This document shows positions 25,255 to 37,304 of a stretch of 64,000 nt of DNA, in pieces; the first letter of the stretch is position 1, and every line of letters begins with the position of its first letter. The position numbers and the translations under genes are program-made. The DNA is from Eledone cirrhosa. Its lineage: Eukaryota. Under the pieces are notes generated by a model. That model did no database searches. It was not told the origin of the DNA and saw nothing but the letters and a program-made list of their open reading frames with translations. The stretch spans positions 11,036,001 through 11,100,000 of the forward strand of contig OZ024752.1 in NCBI GenBank assembly GCA_964016885.1. Reading direction: 5' to 3'.

Positions 25255-26429
25255 ACGCATACGGGGAGACGGACCCCGGTCCGAGCGGCGGCGCGGGTCC
25301 AAGGGATCAGACACCATACCTGGTTGACTAGGTATGCCCTGTGGGGTAAGTAGACGCAACCTATGCTTCATATCGGACTCGGCACGTCATCCTAGGCAAC
25401 AACATCGCCTGAGCCGGGACACGGTGGCTCAACCTTCACGGATAGTCGGTCCAGTACCATACATCAAATAAGGCACACTATATCTCACCCACAGTGACAT
25501 GCTCCCTTATGGCCTGTTCACGCACTCCCTGCATTTGTATTTTTTCAGTGATGTGTGCATATTCTCCACGCACTCCATTACGTAACACCCCATGTATTTG
25601 TCCATGCACAAACCAATGTATAACTTTGTATACTTTTCTTATATAATTCAGATATATGTATTTTTTTTATATATTCTGCATGCATTTTTTAAATACGGTC
25701 TGGGCATACCCTTTACATTAATACCATGAACTCCCCATAGGTGGCCTTACTTGGTGTCTATACCTGGATTAATCAACGTTATCAACATAATATCAACTGC
25801 CAGCAGGTACACCAAGGGGCATTTTTGCATGTACAGCCCAATGTGTATCTTTATATGCTTTTCTTACGTGTATGTTTGCTTATTTTTATGTGTGTGTAGA
25901 TGTGTGTATATACATATATACATATGTGTGAGAATATACGTGCTAGTCTGTCTGTGTGTAGAGAAAAAAGATATATAAAGGTATGTATGTGTATATATAT
26001 GTGTGTATATATGTGTATCTGTGTGTGTATATATGTGTATCTGTGTGTGTGTATGTGTGTATACGTCTGTGTGGGGGCGTGTCGGTAGGAGTGTATATAT
26101 ATTTATATATATATATATATATATGTGTATGTGTGTGTGTGTGTGTGTGTAGGCATATATATGTGCAGATGTCCGTATGTGTATGAATGTTTATATATAT
26201 ATATGTGCGTGTGTGTGTGTATGTATATGTACGAACGCGCACGTGCGTGTATATGTATGTGTGTCTGTGTATATGCACGCGTGTGTATGTGTGTGCCTCT
26301 GTGTGTGCATATATGCGTATATCTGTGTGACTATATATGTGTGTGTGTGTATGTTTCTGGGCGTGCATGTGTGAACGTAAGCACACAAGCTACTCTGTAC
26401 GTATCTGTCAGTATCTCTGTGTCTGTGTG

Positions 26430-26516
26430 CGCGAGTGTGCGCGAGTGTGTGCGAGTGTGTGCGAGTGTGTGCGAGTGTGCGCGAGTGTGCGCGAGTGTGC
26501 GCGAGTGTGTGCGAGT
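26430..26516. repeat. 10-bp tandem repeat (GCGAGTGTGY)n
   Basis: Directly visible, about 9 copies. Confidence 0.9.
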
Positions 26517-26724
26517 GGGAGCTGACAAACAGCAGTAATTTTGCCGACGGGACAGTGGATGAGTGACAGCTCACGCCCTGAAGGGCTGCTACCAGTGGTC
26601 CGAATAATGATGACGTCACTAACCAGTAACCGGCCCAAGGACGCGTAAAGCGGATGAAGGTGGACGATATAGGCTTGTAGGGTCAGAAACCCCAGAAAGA
26701 GGACATGCTCCGAAATCAATAGAC

Positions 26725-26812
26725 GTGTCCGAGGAACCTGCGAGTCTAGAGTCAGGTCGATCCACACATGTATCGCACGTCGAGCTGTTCGCCGGGGAAA
26801 CAATTGTAACAC
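26725..26812 (+). ncRNA. Hammerhead ribozyme with long stem II (CTG to CCG)
   Basis: gtgt CCGAGGA acctgcgag...ttcgccggg GAAA C-AATT-G TA acac; family shared with 8060-8148. Confidence 0.6.
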
Positions 26813-26857
26813 ACAATAAATTGAGTTCCGATGCATCACTGATTTTTCGTTTTCCAT

Positions 26858-26921
<64 letters not shown>

Positions 26922-27077
26922 GAGTTTTTTAATATTAATAATAATTGTTTCTACTCTTGGCACAAGGCCAGCAATTACCTAGTGCATTTGTTTGCAATTG
27001 TGCAAACAAGCCTCAATTTTATAGCCATGTCAGTAGAATGAACCCTTCATTCTTGCTCTTGTGTTGTCATGTGACCA

Positions 27078-27128
27078 GAACTGCAGACACTAATGTTTCT
27101 GGGCAACACCCTTCATCAGACCCAGCTC
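27078..27128 (-). ncRNA. Type I hammerhead ribozyme (family of 16620)
   Basis: gagctgggt CTGATGA agggt-gtt-gccca GAAA C-attagt-G TC tgcagttc; flanks 26990-27220 align with 16545-16760. Confidence 0.65.
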
Positions 27129-27232
27129 ACTGTTCACCTGCCAAACTATCAGAGCTAGTGAAAATATATGCTATTTTCAAAAATACACAGTGACTGATCG
27201 GCCTGATTTGCATGTTAGCAGACTGGCTGATC

Positions 27233-27271
<39 letters not shown>

Positions 27272-27272
<1 letters not shown>

Positions 27273-28090
27273 TAGCAGCAGCACCCAGCGTTGCATGGGT
27301 AGGTAAAATAATATCTGCTTTGATGAAAAGGTGTTGATCTTAGCGACTGCTTTTCGATGACTCATCTATGGACACACACAGGCCATGCGAGGGAGGATGG
27401 TGATGACATCTATCACTGAGAAACGCAGGTGATTGACGAAGGGGCATGCTGGAGGAGGGAGTTTCAAATTTGAACGTAATCGGTTGAAAAATGTGGGAGC
27501 TAGAGTCGAAAAGGCGGAAATTTGAGCTAAAAGGTGGTATTTTCGAATATTTAAGCGGCTGGCACGCCTTTCCTAAACAAAGAATCCAAAATGTAAAGCC
27601 ACTTTAAGACGTGAAATAATCAGATCTAGTGTAATGTAAAATTTGACAGAGTAGGTTTTTAATGTGGGAGCTAGAGCCGAAAAAGTGGAAATTTGAGTCT
27701 AAAAGTGGTATTTTTGAATATTTAAGCAGCTACCACGCCGTTCCTGAACAACAAATACAAAATATAAAACCATTACAGGATGTGCAATGATAATTTCTAT
27801 TTTGCTTTAAAATTTGAACGAAATCGGTGGCAAAATGTGGGAGCTAGAGCCATAATCTTATTTTTCGATACCTAAAAAAAGGTGACGCCCCCCTCCCCCC
27901 CCCCCCTATCGATTTGTATCTACAGAATGACCCCGAGTTAAAAAAAAAAAAACGATACGCTGATATATAAAAAACAGTCCCCGATCACTAATGTATGAGC
28001 CTGTAAAGTTTTATGAAAATCGGTCGTATGATGTAGGCCCCTATAGTTAATACATACACACACATACTTAATTTTATATATATATACAGA
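27272..28090 (-). mobile_element. Non-autonomous Helitron 1 with three internal repeats of about 170 bp
   Basis: Minus strand starts TC after A and ends with hairpin ACCCATGCAACGCTGGGT plus CTAG before T; AATGTGGGAGCTAGAG recurs three times. Confidence 0.75.
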
Positions 28091-28100
28091 TATATATATA

Positions 28101-28467
28101 CTAGCTGACGTACCCAGCTTCGCCCGGATAAACATATGATAAGAGAATACAGGTAAAAGAGAAAATCAGTGTATTGGATGTTTGTCTGGTTACAGTTTCA
28201 GGCGAGTCCGTGGTGTCTGTGTGATACAAAAAACAGTAAAACAAATCTCTGGATATACCAGCTTCTTCGTTGTACCGTTTGTGCATAGTATATGAACAAT
28301 TCTAGGTACTCCTACCTAGAATAGTGATCTCTAGGAGATGGTTCATCTTCTGCCTGACTGTAAAACGTGTATCATTGCATGGACGTGGTTGTTCCACGTT
28401 TCTCAAAAGGATGATGGAAGTTCCAATCTTTTATATTATATTATATTATATTATATTATATTATAGA
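28101..28467 (-). mobile_element. Non-autonomous Helitron 2
   Basis: 5' TCTATAATATAA..., 3' hairpin CCGGGCGAAGCTGGG followed by CTAG|T. Confidence 0.7.
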
Positions 28468-28978
28468 TAATTAATATAAAAGGTGTTTGTCAATGTAAAA
28501 AAGGGTCCCTATTTACTCCCTTCACAACTCTGTGTATGTTAGACTGACAGACAGGCACACAGACAGATAAACTGCATGGCGATCGTAGGATGCCGCACAT
28601 ATACACACATACACGCATGGAAACGCGCACACGGATGCAAACTTACACACACGCACACATGTTGATAGTTTTTACTTTCTGTGGAACAGTGCACGCACAC
28701 ACAAACATACGCACACGTACATACACACGCACACATGTTAATAGTTATTGCTTTCCTTCTCTTATTTCCACACACACACACATGTCTCTAAACTGGCACA
28801 TACATAGTGTATCCAAACACAGCGTTCATTTTGCCTCTCTCTCTCCCCTCTCACTCCCTCATTATCATTATGCATGTTAATTTAAGTTTGGCGTCGTTGA
28901 GGTGGGCGGATTCGTTTGAAACCTATGAACCAATGATAATCGAGAATTATGACACACGGAATAATGACATTGTTGAAA

Positions 28979-29020
<42 letters not shown>

Positions 29021-29573
29021 AATGTATTGGAGATGATTTATTCCAATCTCTAACTAATTCTCTCTCGTTCCTCCTCCTCCCCTTTCGCTCACGTGCTTTC
29101 TCTTCTTTTCTAATCACTCTGTACATATTAATCAAAGATCAAGACTGATCATATTGACACAAGCTGATCCGGCCTGAGAAATACATTAGCGCTCTACTTA
29201 TCGAAGGAATATTTAGAAAATTAGACGTAAATTTCAAGATTTAGAATTGTGTTAGTCAAACAATCAGAGGCCCTCGTCACAAAGAATATAGAATCTATGG
29301 ATTACAAAACAATTAAGCAAACATTCGGTGATTACCGGGTAACAAGGGACATATTTTGTGAGTGAATAGAGATTTTAATCTGTTAAGAGATAATTCACAA
29401 TAACATGAACATTAATACGTTGTGTTTGAACAGAAAAAAAAAATGGTGATGGATGCATAAATAACAAATTAAACGGATGGTTCTGAGTGAGTGAGTGAGC
29501 GAGTGAGTGAGCGTGTTCGAAGGTACTGGCGAAACAGCCGGAGCTCAGCCACCGGGGCCCTGACTATATATAT

Positions 29574-29609
<36 letters not shown>

Positions 29610-30367
29610 TACAGGTCCGGGCCAGAGCAAACCTGGGAGTTTTAACAATTAAGGGGTAACACCACATTCCCCGCAGCTCCTGAACTCCCGTACTGGAGCC
29701 AGATTAATGTCATACCCAGAACATAAATGTGTGTATACATATATATATATGGAATAACAAATTATCGTTATAGGTAATCCAGTTAGAGGTTGTGAATACT
29801 CCGTATTGTGGCTAGTTTCAGCGTACGGTGTTGTTTGACTCAACAAGAGGTTTCCTTGGGTAGCGAGTTTGTGAGTTCTCGGGAATTCCTATGCAGGTTA
29901 ATCTTGGAGTAATAATAGTGAAAGAGTGAAGAATAACATGGTCAACAGTAGAAAAAGGGTTTTATTTACAGTATTAACAATTGTTTCATTGATTAAGTTG
30001 TCTAAAAATTGCTAATCACTTGAAGTTGTGTCACTCAATTTTAACTGTCAAATTAACTAATCAATATCATAACCTCCTAACCTTTTTTCTTTCACTCTCT
30101 TTCCCTAAATCTATTTAACCTCTTACTTTATATTCCATCGTATTCTCTTCATTTCTAACATAACTACCAGTTTATTAATGTATTAATGTAACCAATACAT
30201 GTATGTATATATTTAGTATTTTTTATGTTTATACCATCACATCTATATATGTTAACCACCAACACCACAACTATTTTCAACAATGATATTATGTTCACTT
30301 TTCTTCGCACACATAAAATTGTTATTTATTTTTTATCATCTTCATTCAAACTTATTTATCATTATTA

Positions 30368-30550
30368 TTGGCAGTATCGGTAGAGAGTCGGACACCATGC
30401 TTTGAAGCATAGAGTTACGTCCCTTTATGATCCGAGTTCAAATCCCGCCGAGGTTAACTTTGCCTTTCATCCTTACGGGGTCGATAAAATAAAGTACCAG
30501 TAATACACTGGATAATTGCTGGCCTTGTGCCAAAAAGTAGAAACAATTAT
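30368..30550 (+). mobile_element. Full-length SINE, family A
   Basis: TGGCAGTATCGGTAGA A box, GAGTTCAAATCC B box, Meta-like core, AAGTAGAAACAATTAT tail. Confidence 0.85.
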
Positions 30551-30652
30551 TTATTTATTTTTTTTCTTTCTTTTTCTCTCTTTTCCTTTCTTTATTATTA
30601 ATGTGATTTGAATTTTCCTAGTATATTACAAACGCTGTGTATAATTTTATTC

Positions 30653-30763
30653 AGTTTTTCTGATGATTTGGTTAAGCATACATTGTATTTAAAATTGAGT
30701 GACACAACTTCAAGTGATAAGCAATTTTTAGGCACCCTAATAAATGGAACAATTGTTAATACT
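30653..30763 (+). ncRNA. Degenerate long-stem-II hammerhead; partial inverted copy at 29915-30045
   Basis: agttttt CTGATGA ... GGAA C-AATT-G TT aatact; the inverted copy keeps GAAA C-AATT-G TT. Confidence 0.5.
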
Positions 30764-30860
30764 ATAAATAAAAACCCTTTTTGTACTGTTGACCATGTTA
30801 TTCTTCACTCTTTCACTAGAGAGAGAGAGAGAGAGAGAGATTGATACTTTGTGGTATTAG

Positions 30861-30957
30861 GAACTTTGTCGTATCAAAGAACTACTCGCTATATGGTAAG
30901 ATACTGAGTGGGTATGATAGTGAAAGTAGGGGATCGGCGATTTATCTCTTCGAAGAG
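30861..30957 (+). CDS. Candidate internal exon B (NFVVSKNYSLYGKILSGYDSESRGSAIYLFEE)
   Basis: TATTAG acceptor, GAG|GTAACC donor, 97 nt, phase 2 to phase 0; an alternative donor GTAAGA lies at 30896. Confidence 0.5.
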
Positions 30958-31000
30958 GTAACCCCTGATGTCGATGTAAATACTCTACTGTCACTTACAT

Positions 31001-31057
<57 letters not shown>

Positions 31058-32037
31058 TTTGAATGGCCTTAGTAACCTATGTTTATTGCTCTGGTCATTT
31101 TAGCCCATGGAGCGCGTGCCAGCATGACTTGGAATTTACGTTACGTTTCGCTTTTTCTACCCGCCGAAATGCGATTCTCGCTGAATTTATATTTATATAT
31201 TTAACTTTTTTAAAACTAGCACTCCGTCGGTTACGACGATGAGTGCTCCAGTTTATCCAATCAACGGAACAGCCTGCTCGTGAAATTAACATGAAATTGG
31301 CTGAGTATTCCACGGACACAGCTACACAATATAGCTTTCCGGGAGATTCAGCATGACAGAGAATATGAGAACGTTGGCCCTTAAAATTACAGGTACAACA
31401 TTATATATATATATATATATAGCGAATGAATGAGGATTAACACGGATAAGCGATACAATAGGATTTTATTCCAAGCATTAACATATGTTTCATTGTCTAG
31501 TGTGCAATCGAATGGGTCTTAAAATCGCTATCTACAATGTTATTGTGAAACTCGGCTTTAAATACTGCTTATACTAGGAAAATTATCAAAACACTGATTT
31601 CGGAATCAGCGATAGAACGGTTTTATACTAAATCATATAAACATCAAGATAAAAAATAAAATAAATTTAGGGACTCATATGTTTGGTGGGCAATAAACTC
31701 AGTGTAGGAAATTATATATGGAACGTGAAAAAGTCAAGATAATATAATAAGATAATAAACGTGAAGAATAGAGAATGAGATATACAATATATGATATAAA
31801 ATAAAATAAATGATACTAGATGGGAAGAAAGGAGGGGGTGGGTGACATACTGAGGCCGTTATTAGAGTCTATGTAGGGGAGTCTTCATATTGTCATCTAC
31901 TCTTGCATCTGATTGATGATATGTATAATAAAGGTTTATAGATCCTAGTAGAGGTTCAAACTTGAGACGAGCAATTGGTAAAACCTTTATTATGTTGGAA
32001 GACAGGATATACTTCTGCTCTGATATGTGTGTTCAAT

Positions 32038-32379
32038 TATTGGGTCGTCAACTATGGAATTTGTAGAAATTTCTAGAAAAAAAAAACAAATTTCATACTT
32101 GACGACCCAATAATTCAATTAAGCCGAGGTCAAACTTGGCGTCGGGAATTTGCATAGCAGTATTGTTTCAGCATTTTACTTTTTAAGTTAAAAAAACCTG
32201 TCGAGGTCATATTTGTCTTTTATCCGGGTTTGATGAAATAAAGTACCAGTCATATATTGAGGCCTCATCCCATCCCGCCCATATATTGCTGGACTTTTGC
32301 TCATATTATTGGGTCGTCAAGTATGAAATTTGTAGTATAAACAAAGATATCTACAAATTTCCTACTTGACGACCCAATA
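32038..32379. mobile_element. Two about 75-bp palindromic MITEs (32038-32112, 32307-32379)
   Basis: TA-TTGGGTCGTCAAGTATG(G/A)AATTTGT...ACAAATTTC.TACTTGACGACCCAA-TA; TA flanks suggest Tc1/mariner origin. Confidence 0.8.
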
Positions 32380-33467
32380 GAAACTAGTATTTCGTCGAGC
32401 GTCTTTTTCTTAACCTTTCTCTTTGCAAGATAAAGTAGAAACTGATTCTATGATCCTCAAGTTTCATTTTCAAACCAGGAATAAGTTTTTGTTCATATAT
32501 AATTAAATGACAGGAGGTCAATCTATACCTACATTTCAGTGAAAGTGTAAACTACATTGCATCACAATCAAAATGCCACTGAAAGCTGTATTTCGTAATT
32601 CCCTCAAACTAAATAATGTAAATACAATTGGGCAAACAATTTATATTTCCATATCAGTTTTCCTGATACCTTTTCCTATAGATAGATATCCCAATAACTA
32701 CAATGTTTAACTAGAAATCATGAATGTTTGATCGATAACGTATGTTAAGGATTGCTATGTCTTCATGATGTGGAGATGTATACTTGTGTACTCACATACA
32801 TGCCCTATGAATGCATGATACATACATACACAAACAAACAAACAAGCATACATACATACGAATACACGCACATATAAGCAAATATACATAGAGAACATGC
32901 ATACATACACAAACAAACAAACATACATACATACAAACACATACAAATACACGCTCATACACGCAAATATACATACAGAACATGCGTACATACACAAACA
33001 AACAAACAAACATACATACATACGAATACACGCTCATATACGCAAATATACATACATACGAATACACGCACATATAAGCAAATATACATACAAACATACA
33101 TACATACATACAAACATACATACATACAAACTCATACGAATTCACGCACATTTACGCAAATACACACACACAAAATCACACATGATGAATACAAGCATGT
33201 ACACATATTTTAAAGCACACATAGATAGATTATGTATGCATGACACATACATACAGAAGCACACAAACATACATACGAATACATGCACATATACACACAC
33301 AGGTCCACACATATAAAATACACGTACCCATATAAAAATCATGCGCTCCTCGTGCGAAATTTTAATAAATATGCATGTGCATACGGTTATGTGAATGTTG
33401 TGTGTACATGCGTTTCTGTGTTGAGTGAATATGTGTTGAGTGAATATATGTTTCGCGTGCGTGCGTA

Positions 33468-33522
<55 letters not shown>

Positions 33523-34019
33523 AGGTTTATGCTTACGCATGTGAAAGTGGTTATGTATCAATAACATGTATGCCTACATTTGAAAGTAAAGCCATATTAT
33601 TCCAGGGACGTGAATATAGATGAGATGTAATTACCATAAATTCATGTTCCACAGATAATTATAACTTCGCACCATTTGTACTTTAACTTCACAATCGATG
33701 AGATATGATCACAGAAAATGGTTGCTCCAGATCAGAATCACTGTGTCATGGTCTCACATTTGACTTAAAACACATATATGAACAGACATCATTTATAAAG
33801 TTCTGTATATCGGTTAAGAGGAGGAAAATGAGCAGAGTCGTTAGAACATTGGATAGAATGCTTTATGGTATTCGTCTTGGTTCTCTGCTCTCTTAGTTCA
33901 AATGCCGCAGAGGTCAACTTTGCCCTTCATCCTTTCGAGGTCGATACAAAAGTACCAGCCTAGTACTGGGGTCGATAACAGAAAAATGCTTTAGAGCATC
34001 TACTTACTACTTTGACGCT

Positions 34020-34765
34020 AAACTCCGCCAGTTGCAAACTACGAATCAATAGGAGATATTTTTCTCCACAAAGTTGGATCACCAACAGCAGAGTTTAAAG
34101 AGCAAAGATCAAGTCCAGTCCATAGGTTGACATTATCAAGCCATTGCTTTGGCTGCCGGCCTCTGCTTCTCTTACCAGCCAACCTTCCTTCCAGGTATAA
34201 CATACTCACATCACGAGTTGATATTTTTCTATGACCATATAGTTTGAGTACTCTTGACTTGACAATTGATGTAATTGGTCTAAGTCTGGTAATGTTGAGC
34301 AGCTCACTGATACAGATACGGTCGCTGAGCCACTTGCCAGTCATAAGTCTCATGATGTGGTTCTGGAATGTAGAGAGCTTTTGAAGTGACCTTGTCGTCC
34401 AATCGACACAGTCAAGACCATATAACACAACTGGTAGGATGTAAGTATCAAAGATCTTAGCCTTCAAATGATAGGAAACTCGTTTTGATGTTAGTAGTTC
34501 CTTGTTCTCGTTGAAAGCTGCCCAACCTTGAGTGATGCGATACTGCGCAGCAACCATTTCATTGTTTGATTATAGTTTGTGGCCAAGATATACAAACTCC
34601 GTAACTTGAGCAATTTTCTGGTTGTAGATTGTGAGTTGGAGATTGGCATTGTTTTCATCAGTTGTCATACAATTTGTTTTGGAGATGTTGATGTGTAAGT
34701 CAGCCTCTAGTGAATGTTTGGCTAGTACATTCAGAAAGTGTTGCAGATCAGTTCTAGAGTAACTG
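34020..34765 (-). pseudogene. RTE-clade LINE 3' fragment (end of RT and C-terminus)
   Basis: EFVYLG, KAKIFDTYILPVVLYGLDC..W, GKRSRGRQPKQWLDNV..WTGL. Confidence 0.85.
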
Positions 34766-35374
34766 TTCTGCCTTAAATCCCTCCGAGGTTCAATTTACCT
34801 TTCATACTTCCGATGTCGCACATATACAGTTGTACCATTCAAGTGCTGAGATGGAAGTAATTGACTTCACCGCCTTACAAAAATGCTTGCTTCTGTCAGA
34901 ATTTCAAGTCCCATTATTTAACTGTGGAGCAAATATGATAGCATGGAATATGCACAAGCCGAAAGAAGGTTAGACATTCTAACTTAACACAATTATAATT
35001 TTCAGACGATTAACCTAAACTTTAAAATTGTAGAATTTCTTAATAATTATTATTTTCTAAGCTTAATCTTTCTTCCAGTGCATGTTGTTTATAAAAAATA
35101 AAACATCTTGAATGCAGGAGTTTAATGCAGAATAGCATAACATATAAAGTAAAATGAAATTCAAGAAAAATAATAGCGCTAAAAAATCTAAAGTTGGTAA
35201 AATATAAAATATAAAAAAAACAATTATTAAATGCCTCTGTATCGAAAATATAAAACAACTTTAAAAGATATGAAATAAAATACACTTGATGTAGAAAAAT
35301 AGGAAATAATGATAGAGAAAAATAGTTAGAAAAGACAAAATGATGAAAAAAAATCTGAAGTGGTATTTTTTAAG

Positions 35375-35402
35375 GATTTCTGGCTTCACGTATCTCCCAG
35401 CG
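35375..35402 (+). CDS. Candidate micro-exon C (DFWLHVSPS-A)
   Basis: TTTTTTAAG acceptor, G|GTAACC donor, 28 nt, phase 0 to phase 1, bridging exons B and D. Confidence 0.45.
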
Positions 35403-36154
35403 GTAACCTATGATTTGATCACATCTCTTTTATCATAATTATAGTTGTTTCTCTCTAAGTTGAGATGTGCGTTCTAGCAGTTAAATTTTATAGTCACTAA
35501 ATTCAATATTACAGCACTTAATATAACTGGCGTAATTGTTTAGCAGATAACTATTTAGAGTCTTTAAAAAAATGATCTGTTACGTGATGTATAATTTTGT
35601 CTCAACTTTCATATTCCATATTTCGTGGAAAGTGTCTTTTTCGTGAATATTTCCATATAATTTATTTATAACTGGCAGCAGTTTCAGGTCTTGCCTGAAT
35701 TTATTAATATTTAAAATGTATAAGAAATCACACGAATTCGCTCTAACTAGCTCTTAAAATATAGTAGCAAATCCAGAGTAAACCTCGAAAGGTTGATTCC
35801 CTCAAGCAAAAGATAAAATAATCTAAATCCAATTTCAGAAAAATACACAAAAAAATTCAACAAATATACCACGAACATAAACCTCATTACATTCTATACA
35901 TCTCTCTGTAAAAATATGCATCTCCATACAGCTACCTAAATAAAATGCTATGATTTACAATTTGGAACTTACATATATATGCCTTTGTCAAATGAACTTT
36001 GACTAAAATATTGAGCTCTTTTTTTGCCAGTATAATAGACCAGAAATTATTCTAGCCTGTCACCTTTGTTCAACATCTTACTTTCTAGGCTCAGCGAAAC
36101 ACCGGCTCAAACGATTTGATATATTTCACTAGGAAATACGAAGAAAAAAATCAA

Positions 36155-37190
36155 CTTTCACCTCGTCCCTAAATTGCTGACATTGTGCCTAAATCAGAAA
36201 TCATTATTATGGTGGATTGGCAGTATCGGTTGTGTGTCGGACGCCATGCTTTGATCCATAGAGTTACGGCCCTTGCCATTCTGAGTTCAAATCCCGCCGA
36301 GGTTAACTTTGCCTTTCATCCTTTCGGGGTCGATAAAATAAAGTACCAGTAATACACTGGTAAATTGCTGGCCTTGTGCCAAAAGTAAAAACAATTATTA
36401 TTAGGGCGGTGGATTGGCATAAATATGCTTTGCAGCATAGAGTTAAGGCTCTTTACTCTGAGTTCAAATCCTGTCGAGGTTAGCTTTGCCTTTCATCCTC
36501 ACGGGGTCGGTCGTTAAAATCAAGTACCAGTGACGCACTGAGGTCGATTTAATTGAGTTTCTTCTTCCCTTTCAAATTGCTGGCCTTGTGCCTAAAGTAG
36601 AAGACAATTATTATTATTGCTGTGATTGGCAGTATCGGTAGATCATCGGACAATATGCCATGTGGCATAGAGTTACTGCTCTTTACATTCTGAGCTCAAA
36701 TCCCACCGAGCCTTACGGGGTCGATATAATAAAGCAACAGTAATGTACAGGGGTTGATTTAATTTACTGCTCCCTTCCTCCAAATTGCTGCCCTTGCACC
36801 TAAAGTAGAAACATTTATTATTATTATAGTGGATTGGCAGTATCAGTAGAGTTGGAGGCCATGCTTTGCAGCACAGAGTTACGGCCCTTTATGATCCGAG
36901 ATCAAATCTGCCTTTCATCCTTACGGAGTCGATAAAATAAAGTACCAGTCACGCACTGGGGTAATTTAATCGACTTTAACCTCCCAAAAATTGCTGGCTT
37001 TGTGCCTATACAAGAAAAACATTATTATTATTATTATTATTAAGCATAGTTACGTCCCTTTACGGTCTTTGTTCAAATCCCGTCGAGGCTAACCTTTCGT
37101 CCATACGGGGGTCGATAAAATAAAGCACCAGTAATACACTTGGATAAGTGCTGGCCTTGTGCCAAAAGTAGAAATAATAATTATTATTAT
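36155..37190 (+). mobile_element. Head-to-tail array of family A SINEs (5 copies plus a tail)
   Basis: Copies start near 36211, 36404, 36622, 36829 and 37044, each after the (ATT)n tail of the previous one. Confidence 0.9.
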
Positions 37191-37212
37191 TTTTGAAGTT
37201 GTTATTTTGCAG

Positions 37213-37304
37213 CACAATTGTTTGAAATTCCTGAAGAGATCGTTCAACCGCAATCTTGCTCAGATGTTTCTAACATTTCTTATCCTACCAAAAGTCAACT
37301 ATGA
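37213..37304 (+). CDS. Candidate terminal exon D (QLFEIPEEIVQPQSCSDVSNISYPTKSQL*)
   Basis: TTATTTTGCAG acceptor, phase 1, TGA at 37302-37304; AATAAA near 37659. Confidence 0.5.

Noticed and set aside
30368-30450. Possible tRNA genes at SINE heads
   Set aside because: A and B boxes are present, but there is no complete cloverleaf and each continues into a SINE body
32680-32739. Possible extra exon after CCTATAG with a GTATGT donor
   Set aside because: Stop codons in all three frames; at most an alternative terminal exon (IDIPITTMFN*)
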